DNA from: a virus
Lineage: Duplodnaviria > Caudoviricetes
Virus record (IMG/VR): IMGVR_UViG_3300023210_000186
Coordinates: 1 to 26,016 of that record
Length of the DNA stretch: 26,016 bases
Direction: 5' to 3' (one strand)
Under the pieces are notes generated by a model. That model was not told the DNA's origin. It did not search any database and saw only the letters and a program-made list of their open reading frames with translations. Positions 1 to 9,373 of the stretch are shown here, one piece after another. Made by a program: the position numbers and the translations under genes. Each line of letters starts with the position of its first letter. Position 1 is the stretch's first letter.

Positions 1-609
1 GACCACGTATTTAAACAGGAGTATCTAGCAGAGTTCTTAGATAATGGCTCTAGTGTATTCCGAAATATAAAAGAATGTATTAAAAGCTCTGTAAATACGT
101 CTAGCCTTTATGCAGGGATAGACTTAGGTAGGTCAGATGATTATACAGTACTAACGATAGTCGATAGTAATAACATAGAGGTCTATTCTGAAAGGTGGCG
201 ACACATGGAATGGAGTGCTATAATTAATAACATTGTAGAGCAGCTAAATAAGTACAGACCTAATACCTTAGTAGAAAGTAATGGAGCGCAGGATGCTATC
301 TTTGAACAGATACGTAATAAGGTAGCTTATAATAAGAACTCTATACAGCCTTTCGTTACTACTTCCAAAAGTAAGCAGAATATAGTAGAGGATTTAATAG
401 TACAGTTTGAGAATAAAGAGATAGGTATAATAGGACACGACTGGCAGATTAATGAGCTAGAGGTTTTTACCTATGAATACAACCTAAAGACTAGAGCAAT
501 TAAGTACAGCGCACCTACAGGACTCCATGACGATTATGTAATGAGTAGAGCAATAACTAACCATGCTCTTAAAACCATGAAAAGCTCAGGCAAGTATTTT
601 GTGTATTAA
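1..609 (+). CDS. terL: Terminase large subunit, C-terminal nuclease domain (5'-truncated by window)
   Basis: Frame is open from base 1 (DHVFKQEYLAEFLD...YAGIDLGRSDDYTVL...) into the 205..609 ORF ending ...GLHDDYVMS. FxQEYxAEF, GIDLG and HDD are typical terminase RNase H-like nuclease motifs. Confidence 0.9.
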   Translation, partial: DHVFKQEYLAEFLDNGSSVFRNIKECIKSSVNTSSLYAGIDLGRSDDYTVLTIVDSNNIEVYSERWRHMEWSAIINNIVEQLNKYRPNTLVESNGAQDAIFEQIRNKVAYNKNSIQPFVTTSKSKQNIVEDLIVQFENKEIGIIGHDWQINELEVFTYEYNLKTRAIKYSAPTGLHDDYVMSRAITNHALKTMKSSGKYFVY

Positions 610-657
610 CGTTAATTACTTCAATGCACTAATTCAATTAATATTAATTGCTTTAAT

Positions 658-694
658 TATACAACTAAACAATAATTTTACAATAGACAATATG
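658..694 (+). promoter_or_regulatory. Putative phage late promoter, copy 1 (TATACAACTAA-N11-ACAATAGACAATATG)
   Basis: One of four copies with identical 11-nt spacing; ends on ATG 692 of the tail chaperone gene. Confidence 0.75.
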
Positions 695-1372
695 AGAATA
701 CCCAAAAGCCTAAAAGAGGTACTTGTAAAAGACTACATTCAGATTAACAAAATACGTAGTGCAGAGTACGACAATCCTTTTACTAGGACTATCGACCTGC
801 TTTGTATTTTCAATGACAGAGAGGCGGTTTTAAAGTGCAAACCTGCTGAGTTAGCTGTAGACCTTAGCCACTTATTAGAAGAGCCTAGTAGAGTGCTTAA
901 ACAATACTTCACTATCAACGGCAAGAGATACGGAATAGTAAACCATGTTAATGATTTAGAAGCAGGGCAGTATATGAGCTTTACTACTTATTTAAAAGGC
1001 TTTGCAGATAACCCAAATGTACATATAGACCAAATGCCTGACATTCTAGCGAGTGTTATATTTCCAGTTGATAAGAACAATAAGGTAATGGCAATAGAGC
1101 CGAGCTATTTTCGTAACCTCGCAGAGGATATAAGAAACACAATGTCAATAGAAGATGCTTATCCGATAGCGGTTTTTTTTTGCAATCTATCTCGGAGCTT
1201 AACGAAATGTACTCAGGACTATTTGAACACCAAACTGGAGAAGATGACAGAGGAGAGCAGGAACGCGATTTTGGAAGTAGCGAAGGATTTGGAGAGCGAT
1301 GGGGTTGGATTGCCACACTCGATAACCTCTGCAATGGAGATTTTACAAAAAGACCCTACTACGAGAAAATGA
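692..1372 (+). CDS. Tail assembly chaperone (gpG-like), 226 aa; start moved to ATG 692
   Basis: ORF 599..1372, but 610-691 is palindrome/promoter-rich intergenic-like DNA and the conserved motif ends on ATG 692 (MRIPKSLKEV). Contains an AVFF slippery site. Confidence 0.65.
   Translation: MRIPKSLKEVLVKDYIQINKIRSAEYDNPFTRTIDLLCIFNDREAVLKCKPAELAVDLSHLLEEPSRVLKQYFTINGKRYGIVNHVNDLEAGQYMSFTTYLKGFADNPNVHIDQMPDILASVIFPVDKNNKVMAIEPSYFRNLAEDIRNTMSIEDAYPIAVFFCNLSRSLTKCTQDYLNTKLEKMTEESRNAILEVAKDLESDGVGLPHSITSAMEILQKDPTTRK
1171..1183 (+). other. Slippery site GGTTTTTTTTTGC (T9) for a -1 frameshift
   Basis: 0-frame reads GCG GTT TTT TTT TGC; the -1 frame continues TTG CAA TCT... and is open to 1467. Confidence 0.7.
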
Positions 1373-1467
1373 ACGTAATAGAGTTTCTAAATATATGCTC
1401 ATTCGTTAAAGAGAAGCAGAAAGCAGAAGCAGCACAGCGTAGAATGGATGAACTTAAAAGAAGATGA
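1180..1467 (+). CDS. gpT-like -1-frame extension of the tail chaperone (GT fusion about 258 aa)
   Basis: ORF begins exactly at the T9 run, looks protein-like (FGERWGWIATLDNLCNGDFTK...EFLNICSF) and its stop overlaps the next start (ATGA 1464-1467). Confidence 0.7.
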   Translation: MQSISELNEMYSGLFEHQTGEDDRGEQERDFGSSEGFGERWGWIATLDNLCNGDFTKRPYYEKMNVIEFLNICSFVKEKQKAEAAQRRMDELKRR

Positions 1468-2027
1468 GCGAAGGACTAGTAACACCACATAGCACAATTA
1501 CAGAAGTACTTAAAGCATTCGGCTTAGAGATGCAAAAGGATTTAAGAGCTGAGCTAGTAAAAGACCATGCTTATGTTTCAGGAGATTTAGCCGAGCAAAT
1601 AGAGTTTACTACTGTAGTAGAGGGTACTGCTTTTGTATCTTCTCTTAGATTAAAAGATTATTACGACTATGTTAATAAAGGGGTAAACGGTACTAGGTCA
1701 GTTAAGAATAATACTCCTTACTCTTATATGCAATCTAGTAAAATACCTTTTTACTTTGCTAAACAATGGATGAATGCTAAAGGTTTATTTGTAGATAAAG
1801 GAACTACGTTAACAAGTCTAGCAGGTAATAAATACAAAGCAGGTAGTAAAGATAGTCAAGCGTTTGCAATGGCTAGGAGTTGGAAAGAAAAGGGTACAGA
1901 AGGCAATCACTTTTATGACAAGGTAGTAACACAGGCAAGACTAGATAAGCTCAGTAAAGACTTAGCAAGTGCAGCAGCAGGAGATTTAAAGATAGCATTA
2001 ACAGACACATTCAAAAGACTTAAATAA
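1464..2027 (+). CDS. Putative neck/tail-completion morphogenesis protein (HK97 gp10-like)
   Basis: 187 aa, SGDLAEQI...YYDYVNKGVNG...GTEGNHFY pattern; structural context. Family is inferred. Confidence 0.5.
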   Translation: MSEGLVTPHSTITEVLKAFGLEMQKDLRAELVKDHAYVSGDLAEQIEFTTVVEGTAFVSSLRLKDYYDYVNKGVNGTRSVKNNTPYSYMQSSKIPFYFAKQWMNAKGLFVDKGTTLTSLAGNKYKAGSKDSQAFAMARSWKEKGTEGNHFYDKVVTQARLDKLSKDLASAAAGDLKIALTDTFKRLK

Positions 2028-3235
2028 TGGCAATAACTATACACGCAACTCCTAAAGACTTTGCACCTGTTTATAACAAAATGGAGTACCTAATAGAATC
2101 AACTAATTATACAGAGCCAAACTTTGCATACTTAGTAGACATCTATATAAATGGTTCAGGAACTAAGACAGTACGCCTAAGAATACCCGTTAGACCTTCT
2201 GACAATTACGGTAAGGTAGATATCCATAGAGTACTAGAATCTGCTCTTACTAGCGATGTAGGTAACCCACTAGGAATACTAGGAACGTATGAAGCTCCTA
2301 ATAGCTCACTTTCTTATATTGTAGAATTTGGAGAGGAGTATGGAACTACAGTAGTACAATATCCAAACCTTACTACTGATATAAGTAGAAACGCTATTAA
2401 TAGCTCTTTAGAGAAAGCTGAGTTTATAAATTGGGATGTAACAGAATACGAAATGGATGGTATTACTAAGAAGTTTCTAACTAATATGCCTGACAATAAT
2501 AAGGTATCTATTAACTCTCATGGATGGCTTTATTGTAAGCCGATTATACCGTTAGCTAATTGTACAGTAATTACAAAAGATAGCGCAGGAGCTACTATTA
2601 ATACTTTTGAAATAAATATATCAGGAGGTGCTACAGACATTAAATTTATACCTACCGCTCCTGCTTCATTAAATAACATAGATAATGCTAATATAACAGT
2701 AGGAGCGCAACCTATTATTACATCCGATGTAGCGTCTTATGAGTTGTATTTAGTTAAATTCTTTTTACCTGCTCCAGTATCCGAAACTAGAACTTTTGTA
2801 ATAGAGGAAAATTGTAAATACAATGTTAACACATTAATCTTTCAAAACAATCTAGGAGGGTTTGATAGCTTTACATTCTACTTAGGAGATATGTCTACAA
2901 CAGCGATAGAAAAAAAGGACATGAAGGTAAACGTAGATACGGTTGTGGGTACTGACATAGTCTACTCAATGAATGAGCGAGAGAAAGTAACCTACTATAC
3001 AAAGAATACACCTAGCCTTAAATTAATGTCTGACTGGATAACAGAGGAGGAGAGCAACTGGCTACTAGAGTTAATGTCAAGTCCTGAGATATATCTACAG
3101 AGTGGTAATGAATTAATAGCAGTAGCTAAGATTAAAGCGAGTAGCTACACTAAAAAGAAAGTAGTACGTGATAAGCTATTTAAACTAGAAGTAGATTTAG
3201 AGCTAGGATACGATAACTACAGACAAAGAATATAA
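2027..3235 (+). CDS. Virion structural protein (probable tail/baseplate)
   Basis: 402 aa, translationally coupled (TAATG), beta-rich, C-terminal FQNNLGGFDSFTF...WLLELMSSPEIYL; lies next to the large tail protein. Confidence 0.55.
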   Translation: MAITIHATPKDFAPVYNKMEYLIESTNYTEPNFAYLVDIYINGSGTKTVRLRIPVRPSDNYGKVDIHRVLESALTSDVGNPLGILGTYEAPNSSLSYIVEFGEEYGTTVVQYPNLTTDISRNAINSSLEKAEFINWDVTEYEMDGITKKFLTNMPDNNKVSINSHGWLYCKPIIPLANCTVITKDSAGATINTFEINISGGATDIKFIPTAPASLNNIDNANITVGAQPIITSDVASYELYLVKFFLPAPVSETRTFVIEENCKYNVNTLIFQNNLGGFDSFTFYLGDMSTTAIEKKDMKVNVDTVVGTDIVYSMNEREKVTYYTKNTPSLKLMSDWITEEESNWLLELMSSPEIYLQSGNELIAVAKIKASSYTKKKVVRDKLFKLEVDLELGYDNYRQRI

Positions 3236-6175
3236 ATGACTACAGAGAAGCTAATAATAGAAGGGGTTACTATACCAATAGACAAGGGTATTTCTACGGT
3301 GCTAACTTTTAGCATTAAAGATATACAGCAGCCCGATAAGGTAAAGTCTAGTTTTAGTAAGACTATTAAGTTGCCTGGAAGTAAAGCAATAAATGATAAG
3401 CTAAATTTTATCTTTGAAGTTAATTCAGATTCTACATTTAACCCTAACTTAAAACTAGATGCTGTTTATTACCAAAATGATATAGCAGTATTTAGTGGCT
3501 TTATTCAGTTAAAAGATATAATTAAAAAGGACTATAATCAGGTAGACTATAGTGTGGTATTATTTGGAGAAACAGCTAACATCTTTAGAGAGCTAGGTAA
3601 CAAGTTTCTAAATGATGCAGGAATGTTATGGAGTAATTTAGACCATGACTATACAAGAGTAATACAAGAGAATAGTTGGGATACTTCATATATTCTAAAT
3701 GGAGTGGTTACACCGTTTCAATACGGAACTGGATATACTTATCCTATGATTAACTATGGCAATGATACAGACATAAATGTATATAATGTTAATGAGATGT
3801 TTCCTGCTGTATATGCTAAGGAGTATATCGATAGAATGTTTGCAGATTCAAGCTATACATATACATCTAATTTCTTTAATGCTTCTTTATTCAGACACTT
3901 AATTATTCCTTTTAACGGTAAAGAATTTAGCCCTTTGCAGTCTACTCTACTAGCTAAGAGGGTAGAAGCTGATGCTCCTTTATTTTTGTCTAGTGGCTTA
4001 GACAATTATACTTTAGATGCTTCTTTATACCCTGAGTCAGTTTGGCAATCAAACACTATAAGATTAAGCAATGAGTTAGTAGATGCAGATAACCAATATA
4101 ACCCTGCTACAGGAGAAATAACAGTAGGCGAAAATGGGATATATAAGTTATCTTTTAACGTAACTTTACAAATAGACACTACTCCAGATGCAGGAGCAGC
4201 GGCAGTAGGAGGGGTTGTAGGTGGAGCTGACTATCCTTTATTTATTAATAAATTTGGTTTGAAAGTTAACGGAGTAGATGTTAATACATCAACTGCTCAC
4301 GCTTATGCAACTAACTTAACTCCTGCAACAACCTATTCAACAGCAAACCCAACTACCTACCCCGATACTAATTTTAGAGATAGCGATGGATTAACAGATA
4401 GAAATGAAAACCCCCCTAATAAGTACCTGCTAAATGTAGACATACAATTACAAGCAGGAGATATTATTACTATAGATTTACTTTCAAAATGGGAAGGGAT
4501 AGCGTATGAAGATAACTCAGTAACTCCTAGCATATACTATCCTTATATAGATTCTAATCTTAGTAACTTTCCAAACTTAGGGTACTTTGCAGACTTCAAG
4601 ATTACAATGTCAGATGCTAACCTTTCGCTTAACGTGATAGATTCTTTTTATGCAGAAGGCGATGCTATTAATATGTTTACAGCTATTCCAGATAAAGTAA
4701 AGCAAAGAGATTTTTTAACATCCATTATTAAGATGTTTAATCTGTATATGATACCCGATACAGAGAACCCTAAGAATATAATAATAGAACCTAGAAAAGA
4801 CTTTTACACTACTGATATAGTAGACTGGAGCAGTAAGCTAGACTATTCTAAAGAGCATAATCTTACACCTACTGCTGTAACCAATAAGCAGAAATATATA
4901 TACACCTATAAGAAAGATGCAGATTATTACAATAAGAAGTACGAAGCAAGTTGGTTAGATATTTATGGAAGTAGAAATGTGTACTTAGAGAATGACTTTA
5001 ATAAAACAGAGCATAAGACTGAGCTTATATTTTCTCCTACTCCAATGGTAGGACAATTAGCAAACAGCAGAGTAGTAAGTACTATTATAGATGTAGATGC
5101 AACCTTACAGCAAAAGACTATTAAATCTAATATTAGAATATTATATTACGGAGGTCTAAAAAATAGTAGTGACAACTGGATACATGAAGCTCTAGCAGGA
5201 AATGTATATAGAGGCGAGTATCCTTATGCAGGGCATTTTAATACTCCTTATACCCCGACTATTGATATTAATTTCGGGCTGCCTAGAGAGATATACTACG
5301 ATAACACCTATGGAACTATTACGATAACCAATGCGAATCTTTACGAAACATATCACAGAAAAGAATTAGAGCAGCTAACGGATAAGGATAGTAAGATATT
5401 TACAGGCTACTTTCTACTGAACCCAGTAGATATTGCAAACCTATCTTTTAGAAGTTCTTATTGGTTTGAAAATGAATATTGGACTCTACATAAAGTAATG
5501 TACAGTAGCTCAGTTTACCAACCTAGTAAATGTGAGTTCTTAAAGTTAAAGGCAGTACCTACTCCAACGGTAATAACTGAGGAGATAATAGGAGTAGGGT
5601 TTAAGTCAATAGGAGATGAAGAGCTTCCTAAGATACATCAAAACATACTTTCAGGAGATAATGTACTAAATATGAAGTCTAGCCACGTAGATGGATTAGA
5701 TAACTTTATAGATAAGACTGCAATGTTTGTAGACATCAAAGGAGATAGCAATAAAGTATTTACAGGAAGTAAAAACATAACTATACAAGGCGATAATAAT
5801 GTTATAGAATCTAACCTAGAAAACATAACTCTTATAAACACCAATAATGTAACAGTAACAGAATCTAATGTAACATATATAAACGGAGAAATAATAGGAA
5901 CTGGTAGCGTTATAACTATTAACTCAAATACTACAGCAGACGAGAAAGTAAGCACTTATTTATGTGATACCTCAGCAGGGAGTATATCAATTTCATTACC
6001 TGACTCGCCAACAGTCGGAAAGATTTGGAACTTTAAAAAGATAGCTATAAATAATAACCTGCAAATAAGAGTATCTGCTCCCAACTCAATAGATGGGCAA
6101 CTAGTTAAAAACATAACAGCACTTAACAACTCCTATACTTTACAATTTGATGGGTTAACTTATAAGATAATATAA
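3236..6175 (+). CDS. Large tail/baseplate hub-like structural protein
   Basis: 979 aa; N-terminal SIKDIQQPDKVKSSFSKTIKLPGS is typical of phage tail-tip proteins; C-terminal Asn/Ile-rich beta-helix-like repeats (IKGDSNKV, IQGDNNVI). Confidence 0.6.
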   Translation: MTTEKLIIEGVTIPIDKGISTVLTFSIKDIQQPDKVKSSFSKTIKLPGSKAINDKLNFIFEVNSDSTFNPNLKLDAVYYQNDIAVFSGFIQLKDIIKKDYNQVDYSVVLFGETANIFRELGNKFLNDAGMLWSNLDHDYTRVIQENSWDTSYILNGVVTPFQYGTGYTYPMINYGNDTDINVYNVNEMFPAVYAKEYIDRMFADSSYTYTSNFFNASLFRHLIIPFNGKEFSPLQSTLLAKRVEADAPLFLSSGLDNYTLDASLYPESVWQSNTIRLSNELVDADNQYNPATGEITVGENGIYKLSFNVTLQIDTTPDAGAAAVGGVVGGADYPLFINKFGLKVNGVDVNTSTAHAYATNLTPATTYSTANPTTYPDTNFRDSDGLTDRNENPPNKYLLNVDIQLQAGDIITIDLLSKWEGIAYEDNSVTPSIYYPYIDSNLSNFPNLGYFADFKITMSDANLSLNVIDSFYAEGDAINMFTAIPDKVKQRDFLTSIIKMFNLYMIPDTENPKNIIIEPRKDFYTTDIVDWSSKLDYSKEHNLTPTAVTNKQKYIYTYKKDADYYNKKYEASWLDIYGSRNVYLENDFNKTEHKTELIFSPTPMVGQLANSRVVSTIIDVDATLQQKTIKSNIRILYYGGLKNSSDNWIHEALAGNVYRGEYPYAGHFNTPYTPTIDINFGLPREIYYDNTYGTITITNANLYETYHRKELEQLTDKDSKIFTGYFLLNPVDIANLSFRSSYWFENEYWTLHKVMYSSSVYQPSKCEFLKLKAVPTPTVITEEIIGVGFKSIGDEELPKIHQNILSGDNVLNMKSSHVDGLDNFIDKTAMFVDIKGDSNKVFTGSKNITIQGDNNVIESNLENITLINTNNVTVTESNVTYINGEIIGTGSVITINSNTTADEKVSTYLCDTSAGSISISLPDSPTVGKIWNFKKIAINNNLQIRVSAPNSIDGQLVKNITALNNSYTLQFDGLTYKII

Positions 6176-6176
6176 C

Positions 6177-6326
6177 ATGACATACATACCCGACATATAC
6201 AGCGGAGTAAATTACATAGCTCCTAATAACATTCTAACAATTATCCAATATAGTCAAATGATTAACTACGGAGGTTTAGCAATTAGTGGGGTTCTAGTTA
6301 TCAATGGAGATTTAATATTAAAATAA
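6177..6326 (+). CDS. Small hypothetical protein, 49 aa (MTYIPDIYSG...GDLILK), not in ORF track
   Basis: ATG 1 nt after the upstream stop, TAA at 6324-6326; fills the gap exactly. Confidence 0.65.
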   Translation: MTYIPDIYSGVNYIAPNNILTIIQYSQMINYGGLAISGVLVINGDLILK

Positions 6327-6332
6327 TAAACA

Positions 6333-6995
6333 ATGGCACACATACAAATAGGAACAGCAGATGGCTCTACGCTAGGTAATCCAATAGTAGGAGATTTTTA
6401 CATCTTTATAGATAGTAATAACGCTAACAAATATACGCTAAGAAATAGCGCAGGAACAGATACTATCTTAGGCGGTGGAGTAGCTGCTACTCTTTACGGG
6501 TTATATTCGCAAACGGCAAATAGTTCAACTATTAACACAACCGGCGAACAGTCAATTGTTGGAAGCGGTGTTGGTTCTTTATCAATTCCGGCTGATGCTT
6601 TTGTTGTTGGTGATTCTTTCCACGCTAAAATTGGCGGTGTTTTAAATGCAACCGGTGGTGGTGGCCGTTCAGAATTGATTGTAAAAATTAAAGCCGGTGC
6701 AACTGTTTTGGCTACAACCGGTGTTTTTGATTTAGACAATGCAAACAATCAAGGTTGGGAATGCGAATTGGATTTTACAATTACGGTAATCGGTGCAACC
6801 GGAACAATTTGCACGAATGGAAATTTTGCCTATGTGAAAGATAATGACCGAAAAGTGAGCGGATATATCTTCCAAGATGCACAAACAATAGATACGACCA
6901 TAAGTAACACCTTAGATATAACCGTTGAATGGAATGTATTAAATGTAGGAGATGACATTTATAGTGCAAACTTTGTATTATTTAAAACTTACTAA
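6333..6995 (+). CDS. Gly/Thr-rich beta-structured virion protein (fibre/appendage candidate)
   Basis: 220 aa, located between the baseplate-like gene and tape measure; middle part has anomalous composition. Confidence 0.5.
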   Translation: MAHIQIGTADGSTLGNPIVGDFYIFIDSNNANKYTLRNSAGTDTILGGGVAATLYGLYSQTANSSTINTTGEQSIVGSGVGSLSIPADAFVVGDSFHAKIGGVLNATGGGGRSELIVKIKAGATVLATTGVFDLDNANNQGWECELDFTITVIGATGTICTNGNFAYVKDNDRKVSGYIFQDAQTIDTTISNTLDITVEWNVLNVGDDIYSANFVLFKTY

Positions 6996-6998
6996 GAT

Positions 6999-9362
6999 AT
7001 GGCAGACGATAAAATAGCATTAAGTATAGAGATAGAAGCTGACAGAGCGCAGATGTCTCTAGGCGAATTAGAGGAGGGCTTTGATGGTTTAAGGGAGAAA
7101 CTTAAAGCCACTAATAGAGGTACTGAGGAAGGTAGAAAACAGTTTAAAGAGCTATCTACTCAAATGGCTCAAACTAGCGCGGAAATTAAAAACATAGAAT
7201 TAGCTTTTGAAGGATTAGACAGAGAGCAGGTTGCCAGTGAACTCGGCTCTGTGGCGGGGGGTATTTCTGATGTAACAGCTAGTCTAGTTTTGATGGGTGG
7301 CGAGAATGAAACTATAGAGCAAATGGCAGCGAGTATAGAAACTGCTATGGCTATTTCTATGGGAATGAAGGGAGCTATAGAAGGGTTAAGCTCAGCAAAG
7401 AAACTATATAACAATCTACTTGAAAACGGTAAGATTGCACAAATAAAAGATACTATAGTAACCTCAATAGCTACAGCTAAAACTTGGCTTTTAAATACTG
7501 CTAAGAAAGCAGCTGCTACGACTACAGGAGTATTAACTGGAAAGATTAAAATAGCAACTGTAGCGACTAGAATATGGAATGCTGTTTTAAAAGCTAATCC
7601 TTTAGGGATATTGGTTACTGTAATTGTAGCAGCAGGTGCAGCCTTATTAATATTTGCTAAGAACACAGGAAAAGCAGCTAGAGAACAAAAGGCACTAGCA
7701 GATAGTTTAGAGGCTGTTTCTGGGGAGATTACTTCTGTATATGAGGAAGTTAATAAAATGGAAAGTTCTTTTGAATTGGCGAGGAAGGGAGTAATAAGTA
7801 AAGAGGATGCACTTAAAACTTATAACGAAACAATAGGGCAAACAATAGGAGAGGCAGAAACTTTAGAGGAAGCAGAAGCTAGATTTGATAAAAATACAGG
7901 AGCGTATATAGAGGCAGCTATTGCAAGAGCCCAAGCTCAGGAACTTATTAAAATGGCAGCAGAGGAGCAGACAGCAGCACTCTTAGCAGGAGAGGACGAC
8001 AATAGAGCATGGTACGAAAGTACGATAGGTTTTATAAACGATGCAGGAGCAGCCTTTGCAGATTACTCCACTTTAGGAGTTTTTGAATTAGGTAAGGCGA
8101 GCGATAAATTAAACGACAAATTAAAAGAGGGAGCTACTGAAAGGTTAGTAAATGAGAAGGAGGCCAATGCACTTTCTTATAAAGAACTAGCTAAGAGTTT
8201 AAATGAGAAAGCTGCTTTAATTGAAAAGGATAATGGGTTTATATCTGATGCAGCTAAGAAGGTAGCAGATGATAAAGCTAAGAAGGAAGCAGATGATAAA
8301 AAAGAAGCTGAGAGGAAAGAAAAAGAAAGAGCAGATGCAAGAGCAAAAGAAAAAGAAAGACTAAGATTAAAAGAAATTGCAGATGCTAAAACTTTAGCAG
8401 AATTTGAGGAGGAACAAGCAAAGACAAAGATAGCACTTATCCAGGATGAAGGAGAACGGAAAAGGGCAGAGATAGATTATAACACCCAGTTAGAACTGGA
8501 GGCTTTAGAAAAGAAAGGGCAATTAACTTTTGATGCTCAGATGTTAATAGCTCAAAAAAAGAATAAAGCATTAGCAGACTTAGAGAAAGAGGAGGACGCT
8601 AAAAGATTTGCAGCAGAGCAGGAAGCTCAAGTAAAAAGAGATGAATACGATAAACTACTATTTGACGCTAAGGTAGCAAATGAGGTAGAGGAAACAGAAA
8701 GACAAAGACTACAGATAGAGGAGGACTTTCAAAACAACTTAGCAACTTTAGAGGAGCAAGGGCTTTTAACAATGGAGCTAGAGTTTGAATTAATGTACGC
8801 TAAAGAACAGGCTTTAGCAGATATTGAAAAGGAGTTTAGAGAGAAAGCAGCAGCAGAGAAACAAGCTCAAAGAGATAAGGACTTTGCACTAGCTACAGCA
8901 TTAGTAAGCTCTTTATCTGCTTTAAACGATGCAGCCTTAGCAACAGACTTACTTAATGCAGCAGGAGACGAGGAGAAAAAAGAGAAAATAAGAAAGGCAA
9001 GTTTTGAAAGACAGAAAAAACTTAATATAGCAATGGCTGCAATTAATGGAGCGCAAGCAGTACTAGCAGGATTTGCTCAGGGAGGTTTACCGATGGCTAT
9101 AATAGCAGGAGTTACAGCAGCAGCGCAACTAGCAGCAATAGTAGCAACTACTTATCAAGGTGGAGGTAGTGCAGCAGAAGTAGAAACACCAACTCAAGAA
9201 CTTAGACCCGATGGAGCAGGTGGCGGTGGCGGTGGTGTACAATTAAGCCCAGTAAGTAACACTAGCACAATATTAGGAAATCAGCAAGTATTCGTAACTG
9301 AAACAGACATAACAGAAACACAAAACAACGTTAGCGTAATAGAAGAAAGCGCAACTTTTTAA
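6999..9362 (+). CDS. Tail tape measure protein
   Basis: 787 aa, Ala/Glu/Lys-rich helical; RIWNAVLKANPLGILVTVIVAAG hydrophobic segment, long charged coiled coil, C-terminal AIIAGVTAAAQLAAI and VFVTETDIT. Confidence 0.85.
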   Translation: MADDKIALSIEIEADRAQMSLGELEEGFDGLREKLKATNRGTEEGRKQFKELSTQMAQTSAEIKNIELAFEGLDREQVASELGSVAGGISDVTASLVLMGGENETIEQMAASIETAMAISMGMKGAIEGLSSAKKLYNNLLENGKIAQIKDTIVTSIATAKTWLLNTAKKAAATTTGVLTGKIKIATVATRIWNAVLKANPLGILVTVIVAAGAALLIFAKNTGKAAREQKALADSLEAVSGEITSVYEEVNKMESSFELARKGVISKEDALKTYNETIGQTIGEAETLEEAEARFDKNTGAYIEAAIARAQAQELIKMAAEEQTAALLAGEDDNRAWYESTIGFINDAGAAFADYSTLGVFELGKASDKLNDKLKEGATERLVNEKEANALSYKELAKSLNEKAALIEKDNGFISDAAKKVADDKAKKEADDKKEAERKEKERADARAKEKERLRLKEIADAKTLAEFEEEQAKTKIALIQDEGERKRAEIDYNTQLELEALEKKGQLTFDAQMLIAQKKNKALADLEKEEDAKRFAAEQEAQVKRDEYDKLLFDAKVANEVEETERQRLQIEEDFQNNLATLEEQGLLTMELEFELMYAKEQALADIEKEFREKAAAEKQAQRDKDFALATALVSSLSALNDAALATDLLNAAGDEEKKEKIRKASFERQKKLNIAMAAINGAQAVLAGFAQGGLPMAIIAGVTAAAQLAAIVATTYQGGGSAAEVETPTQELRPDGAGGGGGGVQLSPVSNTSTILGNQQVFVTETDITETQNNVSVIEESATF

Positions 9363-9373
9363 AATATAAGAAT

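Noticed and set aside
599-691. Longer start of the chaperone ORF at 599
   Set aside because: Overlaps terL and crosses palindromes and the promoter motif; ATG 692 is better supported.
8260-8900. Repetitive AAAGAA/GCAGA tracts
   Set aside because: Explained by the Lys/Glu/Ala coiled coil of the tape measure protein.
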